Origin: the human T2T-CHM13v2.0 reference genome, Homo sapiens
Length of the DNA: 64,000 bases
Direction: 5' to 3' (one strand)
NCBI RefSeq assembly: GCF_009914755.1
Contig: NC_060938.1
Part shown: piece by piece, positions 23,396 to 35,048 of the stretch
Position numbering within the stretch: position 1 is the first letter of the stretch
How the letters are laid out: every line of letters starts with the position of its first letter
The notes under the pieces: generated by a model
The model's input: only the letters and a program-made list of their open reading frames with translations
Told to the model about the DNA's origin: nothing
Databases searched by the model: none
Made by a program: the position numbers and the translations under genes

Positions 23396-23710
23396 TTATT
23401 ATTGTTATTATTATTATTATTATTTTTTGAGGCAGAGTCTCGCTGTGTCACCCAGACTGGAGTGCAGTGGTGCAATCTTGGCTCACTGAAACCTCTGCCT
23501 CCCAGGTTCAAGTGATTCTCCTGCCTCAGCCTCCCGAGTAGCTGGGGTTGCAGGTGCATGCCACCACACCCAGCTAATTTTTTGTATTTTTAGTAGAGAT
23601 GGGGTTTCACCATGTTGGCCAGGCTGGTCTCTAACACCTGACCTCAAGTGATCCTCCCACCTTGGCTTCCCAAAGTGCTGAGATTACAGCCGTGAGCCAC
23701 CGCGCCCGGC
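23396..23710 (-). mobile_element. AluS element with (TTA)n tail
   Basis: Antisense dimer; CCAAATT on both sides. Confidence 0.92.
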
Positions 23711-23984
23711 CCCAAATTGTCAAAGCCTTTTTTTTTTAGACACACTTATTTATAATTTTCACACTCCTTGTTTGTTTGTGTAGATCCTAGTTTCTATCTG
23801 GCATCAGTTTCCTTCAGCCTGAAAAACTTTATCATTATTTTGTAGAACAGGTTGTCTGGCAAGAAATTCTGTCTGCTTTATTTGTCTGAAAATGTCATCT
23901 TCAACTTTTTACCAGACACAGAATTCTAGGCTGACAATTTTTTTCTTTTAGCATTTTAAATAGTTATTTTATTGTCTTTGGCCT

Positions 23985-24369
23985 TCTTTCTTTCTTCCCT
24001 CCCTTCCTCCCTCCCTCCCTTTCTTCCTTCCTTCCTTCCTTCCTTCCTTCTTTTCTTTCCTTTTCCTGCTCTCCCCTCCCCTCTCTTTTCTTTTCTTTCT
24101 TTTTTTTGAGACAGGGTCTCACTCCATCGTCCAGGCTGGAGTGCAGTGCCATGATCTTGGGCCCACTGCAACCTCCACCTCCTGGGTTTAAGTAATTCTC
24201 CTGCCTCAGCCTCCTGACTAGCTGGGACTACAGTCACATGCCACCACACCTGGCTAATTTGTGTATTTTTAGTAGAGACAGAGTTTTACCATGTTGGCCA
24301 GTTTGGTCTCAAACTCCTGACCTCAAGTGATCCACCCGCTGTAATAGGTGTGAGCCACCTCGCCTGGCC
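23985..24369 (-). mobile_element. AluS element with expanded (CCTT)n/CT-rich tail
   Basis: Pyrimidine microsatellite ~23985-24105 followed by antisense Alu with a short deletion near its 5' end. Confidence 0.88.
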
Positions 24370-24923
24370 TACATTGTTTCTGATGAGAAGACGATCATTA
24401 TTCTTATCTTTGTTCCCCTGTATGTAATGTATCTTTCCCCCTATCTGCTTTTAAGATTTCTTCTCCATTATCAGTTATTTTCAGCAATTTGTTCCTAATA
24501 TGCCTTGGTGTGGTTTTCTTTGTGTTTATCCTACTTGAACTTCTTCAGTCTGTGGATTTATAGTTTTCATCAGATTCAGAAAATCTTAGCCAATATTTCT
24601 TTAAATATATTTTTCTTCCCTCCCACTCCTTCTAATTCCAAGTTTGTATGCCCACACAATTGTCTCCACAGGTCATTGAGGCTTGGTGTTTTTTGTTTTT
24701 AGTCTACTTTTTTTCTCAGTGCTTCAACTTGGATCGTTTGTATTGCTGTGTAACTGGTCTTTTCTTCTACAATGTCTAGTCTGCTTTTAAGCCCATCTAG
24801 TGGATTATTATTTCACATATTTTTTTCAGTTCTAGAAGCTCCATTTGGTTTCCTTTTGTATATCTTCCATTAATCTTCTCATTCTGTGTATGTTTTCTTT
24901 CATCCTTGATAGTAGCCTTTATA

Positions 24924-25154
24924 TAGACTGAGTATCCCTTATCCAAAATGCTTAGGACCAGAAGTGTTTCGGAGTTCAGATTTTTTTCAGATTATGGCAT
25001 ATTTGCATTATGCTTATCTAGTTGAGCATCCCAAATCCCAAAATCCAAAATCTGAAATCCTCCAATATACATTTCCTTTGAGCATTATGTCAGTGCTCAA
25101 AAAGTTTTGGATTTTAGAGCATTTTGGATTCTCAGATTAGGGATGCTCAGCCTG
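24924..25154. mobile_element. Tigger4a/MER46A (Zombi) DNA transposon
   Basis: agactgagtatcccttatccaaaatgc...gattagggatgctcagcctg inverted ends with TA flanks. Confidence 0.85.
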
Positions 25155-25224
25155 TACTAGCTCTTTTCATGTTCTTTTGCTGCTAATTCCATTATATCTG
25201 TCTTTTCTGAGTCTGTTTCTATAA

Positions 25225-25558
<334 letters not shown>

Positions 25559-25664
25559 TGTTTTTCTGCTTCTTTACATGATTAGTAGGTTTTGATTGGA
25601 TGCTGGACATTGTGAATATCATTATGTTGAGTCTGGATCTTGTCTTCCTTTAAAGACTGATATA

Positions 25665-26170
<506 letters not shown>

Positions 26171-26402
26171 TGTTTGTTTTGGTAAGCAGTTAATATATTT
26201 TCTTAAATCAATTTGAGCATTTTGAGAATTGTTTCAAAGCTTCATTAGGGCAGGTCTAGAGTTAGCCCTAAACACTAATGCCTGGTTGTTCAATAAGATC
26301 TCTACTCCAGCTGAGTGGAGCTGAGCCTCCTCCAGTTCTGTATAAGTGCTGGGGATTGTTTAGCTCACACCTTTTCAGTAGTTATTGAAATATCATAATG
26401 CA

Positions 26403-26444
26403 GTCTATGGCCATACCACCCTGAACGCGCCAGATCTCGTCTGA
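26403..26444 (+). pseudogene. 5S rRNA 5'-fragment retropseudogene (nt 1-42, no poly-A tail) with 16-bp TSD
   Basis: GTCTATGGCCATACCACCCTGAACGCGCCAGATCTCGTCTGA matches the vertebrate 5S 5' end with 2 substitutions; flanked by TGAAATATCATAATGC at 26386-26401 and 26442-26457. Confidence 0.9.
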
Positions 26445-28519
26445 AATATCATAATGCGTAACCCCCTCTAAGTCAAGGAGGTTGTGCTCAAGTCTGCCCA
26501 GGCTTGTGGAGTTTCACCCTACAGAGGCACAGCTTAGTATCCAGTCGGTCTGGACTTCTAGAGCTTTTCCTCTCCATTAGCTCCCCAGTCTTTCAGACTT
26601 TGCTTCTAAAATTCCAGCCACTTAAGCCCCACTAAACTTCAGTCTCCCTTCAACTCAGTGAGACCTTCGTGCTATGTGTGGGGCTCCCCCAAGCTGTGCC
26701 AAAGTCCAGGAATGACCTCTAGTGACCCAGGGCTTACTTTATCTGTTTTCCTGCTCTCAGGAATCAAAGTCTTAGGCTGCTTATTATCCAGTGTCTGGAA
26801 ACAGTAGTACCATGTATTTTTCCTCCAGTTTTCTAGTTGTTTATGGCAAAAGGGCAAGTCTAGTACCACATACTCTCTCATGGCGGGAAATGGAGTCTTA
26901 AAGCCTTTTTTTGGAACACCTTTGCTTGTGACTGCACAAAGAGAATTCAGTCTGTAAAACTTAGATAATTCTCTGATAATCACAAGACTAGGGAAAGGAT
27001 CAGAAAGAACATCTGTGAAATATTCTGGGATGGTGGTTAAAATGTATAATCCCAGGCCATGCACTAATCAGAAGCTAGAGCTGGGGAGTCTGCATGAATT
27101 TAAGTAAGCTCCCCAGATGAATATTTGACAACTCTGTAGGAACTGAGGACCAGCGAGGGCAGGAGTCCTGTGAAGAAGTACTTCTGCCTCATCTCATTCC
27201 GGGCAGGGGATGGGGGGCAATAAAGATGGAAGAGTCGTCATTAGAGGTCAGAACACTCCACACTCTAAGATTTAGTAAGACCATACTCTCATCATTCTCC
27301 AGTCTTTTTCTTTGCTTTCCAGTATCTCTTCATGACAGATCTTCCTCCTTAGCACTACCCACTAACTTCCTTTTAGACTTCTCCACCCACTAATAATTGC
27401 CAATGACTATATTAAATATGAGATCTTGCATTTCTGTTCTCAGAGTCTGTTTTCCTAGATAGGTACCTAAGATGTCTTTTACCAGTGCTAAATTGTCACC
27501 TCAGAGATTGGTGGCTGCTGGTCACACTTGCAATCTGCCTGTCATCGCAGACTGCTTCTTCAGCCATTGGTTGCATAGGACAGTAAGGTGACCATCCAAG
27601 AGGTTGTACCCAAGGACTGAAGGAGGTAGAGTGTCTGCCAGACGTGAGCAAAGTGGGTAGGCGGTTAAGGAGCAGTGTGCATGGAAATTGTAATGCTAGA
27701 GCAACGATTCTAGAGCCTCTGGTTTGAACCGGCATGAGGGAGAGTGGTAATGGAGGCTGGTTAGTTGTAGTGTGAGGATCTGGCCAGTCTTGAAGGTGTG
27801 TAGAAGTGAGTAAAGGGCAAGTTATTTCCTGCAGGACGTCTTCTTTGGACAGCCTCAGTCCCCAGTTGCTCATGTTTTGTATTTGTTCAAAGCACCAAGA
27901 GACTTGCGTTTTAAGTAAGAAAGCATTAAACTCAGGAAAAAGGATTTTAGAGTTCTTTGGCAGAAACTTCTAAATGGAAACACGAGAAAACAAATTGATA
28001 ATCTATAGAATTATCTGGACTTGTACTCTCCTCCAGGCTTTTCTCCACCCTGCCTTAAACCTATTCCCAACTCCCTTGAAAAGACTTCTGAAATTCTACT
28101 TTCTCTACTTTTTTCATCATGGAAATACTAAATTTCAAGGAGTAACTGCTAAATGTTATAGCAAAATCGTCTGAGCACTGAAGTTTACACATGTTATAAA
28201 TACATGGAATTAGAAAGTTGTACTGGCCACCATCGGGGCATCATCACTTTAGGATCAAATTGTTGCACCTTTAAGCTTCTCTAGGACATCTCGTCCAGAC
28301 CTGTCCTTTGTCATGTTAAGAAAGTGAAGTTCAGAGATTATTATATAAAATAACAGGACTCAAAGAGAGAAACTCTGGTCCTCTGACTTCCAGGACACTC
28401 TGCTGTCATGCCCCAGTGTCCACCAACATCACCATCATCATCATTTACTACCAAACACTTACCATATGCCAGCTACATTTTCTCTCATTTACTTCTCAAA
28501 ACAAATCAGTAGGAAAGTT

Positions 28520-28955
28520 TTGAAAAATCAACTTTACTAAGGCCTGGTTTGTATACAATAAACGATATCCTTATTAAAGTATACAATTTAGGTTTTCACA
28601 GATGTATATACCTGTGAAACCCCTGCCACAAGACAGAACATTCCCATCACCCAGAAGTTCCTCCGTGCCCCTTCCAGCCCATCCTTCCTCTCTCTCCCTT
28701 GGCCTCAGAAAACTACTAATGTGTTGTTCATACTATAGAGTAGCTTGTGGTTTCTGGAATTTTATATAAATGACAGCATAAGTATTTACTCTTTTGCACC
28801 TGGCTTTTTTTTTTCACTCAGTGTAATGATTTTGAGATTCATCTAAGCTGTTGCATACATCATTAGCCTGTGTATTTTCATTGCTGAATAGTATTCCATT
28901 GTATGGACATACCACAGTATGTTCAGTTGTTGATAGACATTTAGATTGTTTATTA
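28520..28955 (-). mobile_element. L1 (L1MB/MC-type) 3' end
   Basis: agaacattcccatcacccagaagttcc...ttttgagattcatc...attgctgaatagtattccattgtatgga. Confidence 0.8.
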
Positions 28956-28959
28956 TTTC

Positions 28960-29103
28960 CATTTAATTTATTATTTATTTTAAAAAATTTTAAGAGATGG
29001 GATCTATGTTGCCCAGGCTGGCCTCAAACTCCTGGGCTCAACCAGTCCTTCCACCTCGGTTTCCCGAAGTGCCGGACTACAGGCATATGCCACTGTGCCC
29101 AGC
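28960..29103 (-). mobile_element. FLAM/Alu monomer
   Basis: Antisense left-monomer sequence. Confidence 0.8.
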
Positions 29104-30468
29104 TCATTAACCCCATTTTAAAGCAGACTAAGGCAAAGAAAGGTAACCTTACCTAAGGTCACACAACTAATAAATGGTAGCACCAGGGTCTGAATATGGA
29201 CCTTGACCTCAGGGCCCTCGTTCTTAGCCTCCAGGCTCTAACAAATGGTACAACTCTCAGATACACTGGCGTCTCCTTCCACAGGTAGTTTGTATTAATG
29301 TCAGCTTCCAGATTTGTAATATAGAGTGCCTAGAATGATTGATGGGCTGCTTAATAAAATTTCATTAAGGAAGGAAAGAAGAAAGATACCTATTTTCAAG
29401 AATACTTCTAGTATTTTTTCCTCCTTCATAAACTTGATATGTGAAATTTGCAATTTGGCCTTTATTTTGGCCCTGGAGGTTTGAAGCATAAAACCCTTTC
29501 TTGTCAGAGAGCGCTCCTGCTTTTACCCTCCAGGAGGGATGCCTCTTCTCCAACATAAATCTGTTTTCCATGCAGTTATGCTTGAGTCCTTTAATGGAAA
29601 ATCAGTTCATATGTTACACTTCACACTCGACTTAGTCCATTTCACTGTATATGAATGTTTAGAATCCATTATGCAGTAGGAATCATATGTTACATATAAC
29701 TAGTTTCTAGAATTATCTTTGTTCAGAGAATTACTTGGTTGGCTAGTGAAGGCTGCTCCTTTGAACTTAGAATATCCAGTGGGTGGGGAAACTTGGGAAT
29801 GATTTCCCTGAATCATCCATGGACGTCCATTCAGCAATGACATTAAGCAGATCTTTGGGCAACTATAAGGAAACCTAGTGGTTCCTAATAAAATCACATC
29901 CAGGCTCTTTGAGGTGGTCTGTGCAAGGAGCACTATCACTTAGGAAGGGGCTGATCACTCTCTTACACTTGTAGGGATATGTGATTGGTGACCAATTCCA
30001 AAGGACAAGGTGTGAATATTAAAGAATAGAAATGAGGATCTAAGGTCAGGGCCCCTTCCCAGTAGACAGTCTCCTTCCACCACCAGCCTTGGAGATTAGA
30101 CTTTATTGAGGAAAGCCAGCAACTTTTCATCCAACGCCTCCTGAGGACTGTATTGCTCTAGATGCTGGAGTTAGTGATGAATGAGACAGTCCTTGCCCTT
30201 CAGGAGCTTCTGATCCAGTGAGGAAATGCCCTTCCTTCTCTTTCTTTCGGTCTTTCATAGACAACTTTCAGGAGACATGTCTCTCTCTATGTGTATTACT
30301 CAGCATTCAGCCTCCCTTGCTTCATCCGTGGTACATGTTGCTTATTCTTTCCTTGGGAAGATGCATGCTCTCTTCCAGACCTCTGATGCCTAGGGATAGA
30401 AGACAAGCACTTTCTCCATCCATTGATGCTTCAGGCTTTCTAGAAAAGAGAAGAGAAAAATAGAAGAG

Positions 30469-30778
30469 AGGCCGGGTACAGTGGCTCACGCCTGTAATCT
30501 CAGCACTTTGGGAGACCGAGGTGGGTGGATCACCTGAGGTCAGGAGTTTGAGACCAACCTGGCCAACATGGTGAAATCTTGTCTCTACTAAAAATTAAAA
30601 AAAAAATTAGTCGTGTGTGGTGGTGCACGCCTGTAATCCAAGCTACTCAGGAGGCTGAGGCAGGAGAATCACTTGAACCCAGAAGGTGGAGGTTGCAGTG
30701 AGCCAAGATCGCACTACCGCACTCACCACTGCACTCCAGCCTGGGAGACAGAGTGAGACTCTCTCAAAAAAAAAAAAA
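30469..30778 (+). mobile_element. AluS element
   Basis: Sense dimer with A tail. Confidence 0.92.
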
Positions 30779-31974
30779 GAGAGAAGGCGCTTTGAAGATT
30801 AAGTGTGTTTTCAGAATGAGAAATGGAGAGTGAGTGACATCAGAGGTGGCTTTGGGATCTATTGCTTAACCAGAATGTACTATATGGGAACTATTTACAA
30901 GACCATGACCAGGCTACCAGCTTAGACTCTGCTAGAAGCCAGGCAGATGACGTAAACCCGTGAAACAGAAAAATGTAAAATAAAGGATGGTGGGGTCTGT
31001 GGTGAACCCAGAGAGGAGATGCCTGGCATAGCTTAAAATTTTTCGAATTCACGTTTTTAAAAATGACAGAAATAATTTTTAAAAACACTTTATAAGCAGA
31101 ACAAAATGTATCTGCAAGTTGGATTAGACCTTTAGGAGCTGATTTGCAAATCCTTCACCAGACCTTGTGGGGCACTGCTCTGAAGGAGCACAGAACTTTG
31201 TTGGGGGGACAAGGCATAAAAGGTAAAAGGCACTGCAAAAGTTCCATAGCTGACAACAGTTTAGTGGATGGCAAAGGCAGCAAATGGTCATTCCTGTGTT
31301 AGTGGCTTACATTACTAATGGCCATGAGTTCAGAAGAGGAACTGATCCCTGAGGGCTGAGAGCACTTCAGGAGAAAGGAAGAGCATGTGCTGGGTCCTGA
31401 AGGATGGATAAGAGTTGGCTAGCTAGAGAAGAATGTGAAAGACCTTCCAAGGAAGGATGTCTAGCATAAGAGACTCCACATGGAGAATGAATAAGGAATT
31501 TATAGTAACCAGAAGAGAAGCTGATTCAGCAGAGATAGGTCTTGATTCTGGTCCTTTCCCAACTACAATACTCATCCTCCCCACATAAACTGCTTTTGAT
31601 TAAGTTATGAAGATTGCCACTCACCTAATTTGCTGATTCTAGGTAGAATTACCCACAACTATAGCTGACACAATGCTTCAGGGAAGTGGGGATTCATGAT
31701 TCTGGAGAATAGCTGGAGAATGATGGACAGCCAGAACCCCAAATGACCTCATGGTCCTCAAACTGTAGGATGGCAAAACTGCTCTGTCTTACTGAGATGA
31801 CCATCCTTCAGTGGCATAATCATCCATTCTTGCTCTTGGAATCAAGTTTCCAGCTTGCCCTAAGTCCTTTAGACTTCTTCTGTCATGGAAAGTTGTATGG
31901 TGTTAGAGAAAGAACATCAGATCTGTAGTAGGCTTGAACTCAGTCTCTACAAGTGACTTTGGGCAAGTCATTAG

Positions 31975-32620
31975 TTCATTTATTTGTTCGTTCATTTACA
32001 ACCCCTTGATGAATATTGCTGAGTGTGATTGTGATGCATGGGGCTAAGCATGGGGACGTGATGATGAGCTGAACATTCATTGTCCTTACCCTCATCCAGT
32101 TTACAATCTGTTCAGGAAAACAGGGCTTAAACAAATAGTCACACAGCAAAATAAGTAAGGACAAACTGCGACTGAGTCCCCTGAAGGATGAGTGCACTGG
32201 GTGCTGTGAGAGAAATACCTGAGACTGGGCAATGTATAAAGAAAAAGATGCTCAACTGGCTCATGGTTCTGCAGGCTGTGCAGGAAGCACAGCAGCATCT
32301 GCTTCTGGGGAGGCCTCAGGAAGCTTCCACTCATGGCAGAAGGCAAAGGGGGAGCAGGCACGTCACGTGGCGAAAGCAGGAGCAAGAGAGAGAGAGGGAG
32401 GGGAGACGCCACACACTTTTAAAACAACCAGAATTCACTATCTCGAGGACAGCACCAAGGGAATGGAGACTTGATTTGGACTGGGGGATGAGGGAAAGCC
32501 GCTCTGGAGAAATGACTTTTAAACTTCAACTTGAGAGCAGAGTAGAGTTGTCAGAAAAGGGGGGTATGAAGTCAGGGGCCCTGGAGGAGACTCCTAGAGA
32601 GGAGAGGAGACAGCAAGTGC
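31975..32620. mobile_element. L2 fragment interrupted by an MST fragment
   Basis: ttcatttatttgttcgttcatt L2 3' end and downstream L2-like sequence. Confidence 0.6.
32202..32468 (-). mobile_element. MSTB-like LTR internal fragment lacking both ends
   Basis: aaatacctgagactggg...ggaggcctcaggaagctt...gaggacagcaccaaggg; inverted relative to the 33765 copy. Confidence 0.85.
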
Positions 32621-33764
32621 AAAGTTATGTCCCCTCTCTAACCTCTTCCAGGCCTTCTTAGTCTCTTCCAGCTCTACCACCCAATTCTCAGGAAGTCAAC
32701 TCTGGATAGAAGGTGAGACTGAAGATGGGCATTGAGAGGCACACTGACAGGAGCAAACAAATTATCTTTTAAAAAAGATGAAGAATGTTCAGGTGGAATA
32801 ATCTCTAAATATGCAATTAGATATGGACTCAACTTTCAAAAGTTCATCTCAGAGCTAAATTCAAGTTACAAAAGAATTTGTGAGCTCCAAAATATGTCCT
32901 TAAAAAGTAGAAAGTCTCTGAAAACAGGAGCCCAAAAAAAGGACTCAGTCTTGTGTTTAACCATTGCCTTTTAGCAGAGCCCAAGACTGAGTGGAGTTGT
33001 AGCTCCCTCCTCCTGGCAGCTGCCAGCTCTCAGGCACCTGGGCATGCCTCACCCCCACTGGAGAGGGCTGTGCTCCTTTGCATCCTGAGGTCCAGTTTTG
33101 GCAGAATTGAATACCTCAGAACCTTAGGAATAATAAATCCTTCTGGCGAACCAAAAAGTGTTTAATTCCTAAAGGACAAGCTGGGTTGAGCCACTTCTAG
33201 CCAGGGGCAGTTGAAGACTTAATTCTGCAAGTGTAGCAATCTGGATGATCTGAAAGTGCTGAGTTTAAGGGTAATTGCTCAATTTTCTATCCATGTCAAC
33301 AGGGAAAACAGGTAAAAGTGACTGAACACAGCCAGGCAATGAGGCTGGAAGAGATGTGAGATGCTAGGCTGTCAATGGAATTAGAAAAATGCTATCTGTA
33401 GAGGACTGTCGTCCCCCTGTCTCTCCCTCTTCCCATTCATCTGTCTCTGGGCTTTCTAACTCTCTTTTGGACTCTCTCTAGATTTTTTTGCTTAATTCTT
33501 TCAGCATATCCTTCATCCCTTCTTCTTCAAACAGCAGAGTCACTCTGAGCTGAAACAGCTTTGTCATAGAGAGAAAGTAGAAAGAATTCTTTAAAAACTA
33601 ATCAATGGAAACCCTGATGGCTCAACTCCACTCTCACTTAGTAAGAACATTTCGTTATGTTGGCATTGCTTCCTTAGGCTTAATATAGCATATGAGACTT
33701 CCTAGGTGGTTCCTAAACCTGGTTCCTTGGCCTCCCTAATTTTTAAACAATGATCGTAACTACT

Positions 33765-34170
33765 TGATATCATTTAGATATGTGTCCCCGCCCAAGTCTC
33801 AAGTTGAATTGTAATCCCCAGTATTGGAGGTGGGGCCTAGTGTGAGGTGACTGGATTATGGGGCTGGCTTTCTCATGAATGGTTTGGCACCATCCCCTTG
33901 GCGCTGTCCTCATGCTAGTGAGTGAGTTCCGGTTGTTTAAGTGTGTGGCGCCTCCCCACCCCTCCCTCTTGCTCCTGCTTTCTCCATGTGATGTGCCTGC
34001 TCCCCCTTCACTTTCCACCATGATTGGAAGCTTCCTGAGGCCTCCCCAGAAGCAGAGGGCGCTGTGTTTCCTACACAGCCTGTAGAACCATGAGCCAATT
34101 AAATCTCTTTTCTTTACAAATTACAGTTTCAAGTATTTTTTTTATAGCAATGCAAGAATGGCCTAACACA
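33765..34170 (+). mobile_element. MSTB-like MaLR solo LTR, complete
   Basis: TG...CA ends with perfect 5-bp TSD CTACT (33760-33764, 34171-34175). Confidence 0.92.
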
Positions 34171-34641
34171 CTACTTCTGATGTTTTATCAAATAACACTC
34201 CTTAAACTCAATTTGTTTTCCTAAGTTCAGAGTTACTAGGCCTAGACATTAAGGTCTCTCTCAGTCTCCCTAACCTTTCCTACCACATGCGCGTGTAGGA
34301 ACTCCACATCCATAGTGGGAACGGGGGCCGGGTGAGGTGGATTGGTGCTTACTGGTCCAAGGACTAAGCTGCCCTCTCTTTTGTCTCAGTGCTTTGTTAA
34401 ATGTTGGTCTGTTTACAGGATATTGGGTAAGAAATTTGAAAAATCATTCTTGTAGGAAATAATATTGGTAATTAATATTTGTGTTTACCGTGAGCCAGGC
34501 GTTATGCCGACTGCTCTACCTGCCGTACTTCAGTTAATCCTCACAATTCTAAGGAGACACAGTGATTCTCACCATCTTACAGAGGAGGAAACCAAAACTT
34601 TATGAAGTTAAATAACTCATCGAGGTCACATGGCCAATAAG

Positions 34642-35048
34642 CAGTGATGTGCTCTCCAGGTGCGGGGAAAGGTCCTGACTGGTAGTGTTTGCCAAGCCTG
34701 TGGTGTAAATACTCCCACCATGATTGATTTCAAACTCCCAACATGACATCACTGATTTCAGAGGTGGGAAGAGATGGGCAGCAGCACCATCACACGGTCT
34801 TTACTTCCTCCATACAGGTACACGATAGGCACACATAGCCTCAAGATCACAGATAATAGGAAAACAGTAAAATTCAGGAAGTGGTGAGTTTTGAGTATTT
34901 ATTACCTTTCTTTTTAATATAATTTAATTATAAGAATGTATAATTTCATCTTTAATCATGTTTCTGTTTGACAACCTGCAGGCAGAATTCCTAAGAATTT
35001 AGCGAGTGGCTCTTTGGGGCTGGTGCGAGCTGCTCCAGCACACCACAG
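34642..35048. mobile_element. MER63-like hAT-Blackjack element inserted in a MIR
   Basis: cagtgatgtgct...agcacaccacag inverted ends; MIR sequence on both sides. Confidence 0.65.

Noticed and set aside
26403-26444. Functional 5S rRNA gene
   Set aside because: Only 42 of about 120 nt; lacks the internal promoter boxes and terminator.
32672-32712. Possible 41-nt cryptic exon (ttccag...AAG|GTGAGA)
   Set aside because: Several competing AGs upstream and a weaker donor; indistinguishable from background pseudoexons.
32188-34085. Paired similar ORFs (LLLLLSP.DVPAPP...GSFLRPPQKQ)
   Set aside because: Translations of two MST LTR copies, not paralogous genes.
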